Positions 61,771 through 64,000 of a stretch of 64,000 nucleotides of DNA are shown here, piece after piece. The number at the start of each line of letters is the position of its first letter. The first letter of the stretch is position 1. Both the position numbers and the translations under genes were made by a program. A model generated the notes under the pieces. It did not search any database. It worked only from the letters and a program-made list of their open reading frames with translations, and was not told the origin of the DNA. Where the stretch lies: contig CAWCKW010000013.1 in assembly GCA_963796285.1 (NCBI GenBank), positions 288,001-352,000 on the forward strand, read 5' to 3'. Source of the DNA: Nitrospirota bacterium. Its GTDB lineage: Bacteria > Nitrospirota > UBA9217.

Positions 61771-62676
61771 ATCATCGCTCCACTTTTGCAACGTAGCTTG
61801 AGATAGGCACTCTTTTGCCTTTCTGTATCCCAATTCAATCATCTCGGATGCCCGGTCAAACTCCAATGTCCGACACGCATTCCTGGCTATTTCGATGACT
61901 ATGTCTGGTGGATAAGCGGCAAGCTTTTGGCGGGCTATGGTACTCTGCATAGCCTCAAATGACTGAATGGCTACATCGTACGCTCCCCAATCCTGGCTGT
62001 TACTGCGCGTCACGGATTGTTTGAGGCGGTCTATAAAGAGATTGATCTTTTCATGGAACGGAGATGAAGAGATAGCTGGTGCAGCACTCAGGGTACTCGG
62101 CTTTTCTGGGTTCTGTGGGGGACCCCCCAGATTTACAGCAATAGTCATATCGGTTTCATCACCAAACGTTGGCGCAATTGGCACAGGATTTAAAACCCCT
62201 CCATCAACAAGATCGACCCCTTTGTACTTGAATGGAGTAAAGAAAAGAGGTATTGCGTAAGACGCCCTCATTGCATCAAAGAGATTACCCGACTTTATCC
62301 ATATTTCCTTCTCGCCTTTTATATCGGTCGCAACAGCCGTATATGAAATTGCGAGATCTTCGATCAATTTCTCTCCAACTAAATTGATCAAGGTATTGAT
62401 AAGTTTGTCACCTCTCACTAGCCCGCTCTTTTCCCACGAAAGATCTAGTAGAGTGACTATGTCGACTTTCGTCAGGGAACGTACCCATTGCTCATATTCA
62501 TCCAATTTTCCGGCAGCATATATTCCCCCTATTACCGCACCGATTGAGCAACCGACTATTGATTTAATTTTCAAATCATTTTCTTCAAGCCAATGAATTA
62601 CACCGATATGAGCTAAACCACGAGCGCCGCCACTTCCAAGAACCAGAGATACGGTTTTCATATTCGTTGTTGTCAT
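61765..62676 (-). CDS. Patatin-like phospholipase (RssA-like)
   Basis: LGSGGARGLAHIG, GCSIG nucleophile motif, VDGG; lower GC than core genes. Confidence 0.92.
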   Translation of the reverse strand: MTTTNMKTVSLVLGSGGARGLAHIGVIHWLEENDLKIKSIVGCSIGAVIGGIYAAGKLDEYEQWVRSLTKVDIVTLLDLSWEKSGLVRGDKLINTLINLVGEKLIEDLAISYTAVATDIKGEKEIWIKSGNLFDAMRASYAIPLFFTPFKYKGVDLVDGGVLNPVPIAPTFGDETDMTIAVNLGGPPQNPEKPSTLSAAPAISSSPFHEKINLFIDRLKQSVTRSNSQDWGAYDVAIQSFEAMQSTIARQKLAAYPPDIVIEIARNACRTLEFDRASEMIELGYRKAKECLSQATLQKWSDDR

Positions 62677-62748
62677 AATCTCACCTAATGCCTCTCACTA
62701 AAATAATGAATAATGGGTAGAAGCTAAATGGCAACAAAGTAGACCTGA

Positions 62749-64000
62749 TAATCATATGAAGGCACCTCAGCATACCAGAGCGTTTTGGCACTCTGGTATG
62801 CTTCAAGGGAAGAGTCCAATCTAACCTTGGAGGTGCTATATGAAATTGTACACTGGATTAGATCTACATTCAAGCAACAGTTATCTCGGCATCATCGACG
62901 AATCCGGCAAGCGGGTATATAAACAGAAGCTGCCGAATGATCGAGAGCGTATTCAGGCGGCGCTCAACCCGTACAAGAATGACATCGCCGGTATCGTTGT
63001 GGAATCGACCTATAACTGGTACTGGCTGGTTGACCTGCTGATGGGTGAAGGTTACCACGTTCATCTGGCCAATCCGGCAGCGATCAAGAAATACACCGGG
63101 CTAAAATTCGCCGACGATCAGCACGACGCCTTCTGGCTGGCAGAAATGCTGCGGCTGGGGATTCTGCCCGAGGGTTACATCTATCCGAAGGAAGACCGGC
63201 CGATACGCGATCTTCTGCGAAAACGCATGCACCTGGTAAGACTGCGAACCTCACTCATCGTGAGCCTGCAGAACATCCTCAGCCGCAACAACGGATTTAA
63301 GCTCAAGACGAGCGATGTAAAAATACTGACCGAGGATCGAGTGACCCCCTTTCTTGCGGGAAGCGCTGACTTGGCTCTGGCGGGGATGGTCAGCAAAGAG
63401 TCCATCGATTTTCTGACGCGCCAGATCAAAAAGATCGAGGCAGTGATAGAAAATAAGGTAGAGCTGAAGCCACCTTACGAGAAGCTGCAGAGCGTATTCG
63501 GGATCGGCAAGATTCTGGCGCTGACCATCATGCTGGAGACCGGGCCGATCAGCCGCTTCGCCAAGGTTGGCAACTACGTATCATACTGCCGGAAAGTTTC
63601 AAGCAAATGGCTCAGCAACGACAAGGTAAAAGGCAAAGGGAACAAAAAGAGCGGCAACAAGTATCTTGCATGGGCCTATTCCGAGGCAGCCGAGCATGCC
63701 CGGCGCAGCTACACCCAGGCAAGGACATACTATAATCGCAAGATGCAGAAAACCAACTTCATGGCCGCGCACAACGCCCTTGCGCACAAGCTGGCGAGAG
63801 CAGCGTATTACGTAATGCGCGACGAGGTGCTGTTTATGCCGGAGAAGATATTTGTAGAGATAATTACAGGATGGCTGGAGCGGTGAACCTGCTTAGGGTG
63901 TGGAAGAACCACGAGACTTGATTGGTAATCCGCTCCACCCAATACTATAGAGTTGTCGGGATCTTTACTGCCCGTGCCGTGAGCCACCCTGGGGCTGGCT
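62749..64000 (+). mobile_element. IS110-family element, probably IS1111 group (right end not reached)
   Basis: Putative left end TAATCAT-ATGAAGGCACC, a short left leader with a hairpin, the transposase, and at least 114 bp of non-coding DNA on the right. Confidence 0.7.
62840..63886 (+). CDS. IS110 family DEDD transposase/recombinase
   Basis: GLDLHS, VVEST, DDQHDA (DEDD), GIGKILALTI, KSGNKYL, ALAHKLAR; GGAGG RBS. Confidence 0.95.
   Translation: MKLYTGLDLHSSNSYLGIIDESGKRVYKQKLPNDRERIQAALNPYKNDIAGIVVESTYNWYWLVDLLMGEGYHVHLANPAAIKKYTGLKFADDQHDAFWLAEMLRLGILPEGYIYPKEDRPIRDLLRKRMHLVRLRTSLIVSLQNILSRNNGFKLKTSDVKILTEDRVTPFLAGSADLALAGMVSKESIDFLTRQIKKIEAVIENKVELKPPYEKLQSVFGIGKILALTIMLETGPISRFAKVGNYVSYCRKVSSKWLSNDKVKGKGNKKSGNKYLAWAYSEAAEHARRSYTQARTYYNRKMQKTNFMAAHNALAHKLARAAYYVMRDEVLFMPEKIFVEIITGWLER

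Overview
Bacterial chromosomal window (GC-rich coding DNA; gene order and the split atp operon suggest Nitrospirota or Desulfobacterota, which is inference). From left to right: (1) a central-carbon cluster (sdhA partial, sdhC, fumC, ACT-malic enzyme, gdhA, aconitase, gltA, succinate-semialdehyde dehydrogenase and a TPP enzyme that may be a 2-oxoglutarate decarboxylase); (2) small lipoproteins, moaAC and a bactofilin; (3) the ffh-rpsP-rimM-trmD-rplS-rnhB-yraN-rimO region; (4) pfk and a HEAT/GT2/YaiO/LTA-synthase polysaccharide cluster; (5) perR-fprA-rubredoxin; (6) atpF'FHAGDC; (7) a TetR/EmrAB efflux locus; (8) an accessory region with a UxxC selenoprotein, higBA, an attC-bearing patatin gene and an IS110/IS1111 element. 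The most unusual signal is non-coding. Many intergenic gaps hold palindromic repeat elements. One ~180-216 bp element is present as both a filled and an empty allele (target TT^AGG). Its internal spacer is flipped between two copies, a 31-bp hairpin module is inserted in repeat arms at three loci, and one arm pair encloses a small Cys-rich ORF. Several genes (atpF, rimM, gabD, higB, the selenoprotein) carry indels that are most likely sequencing or assembly errors.
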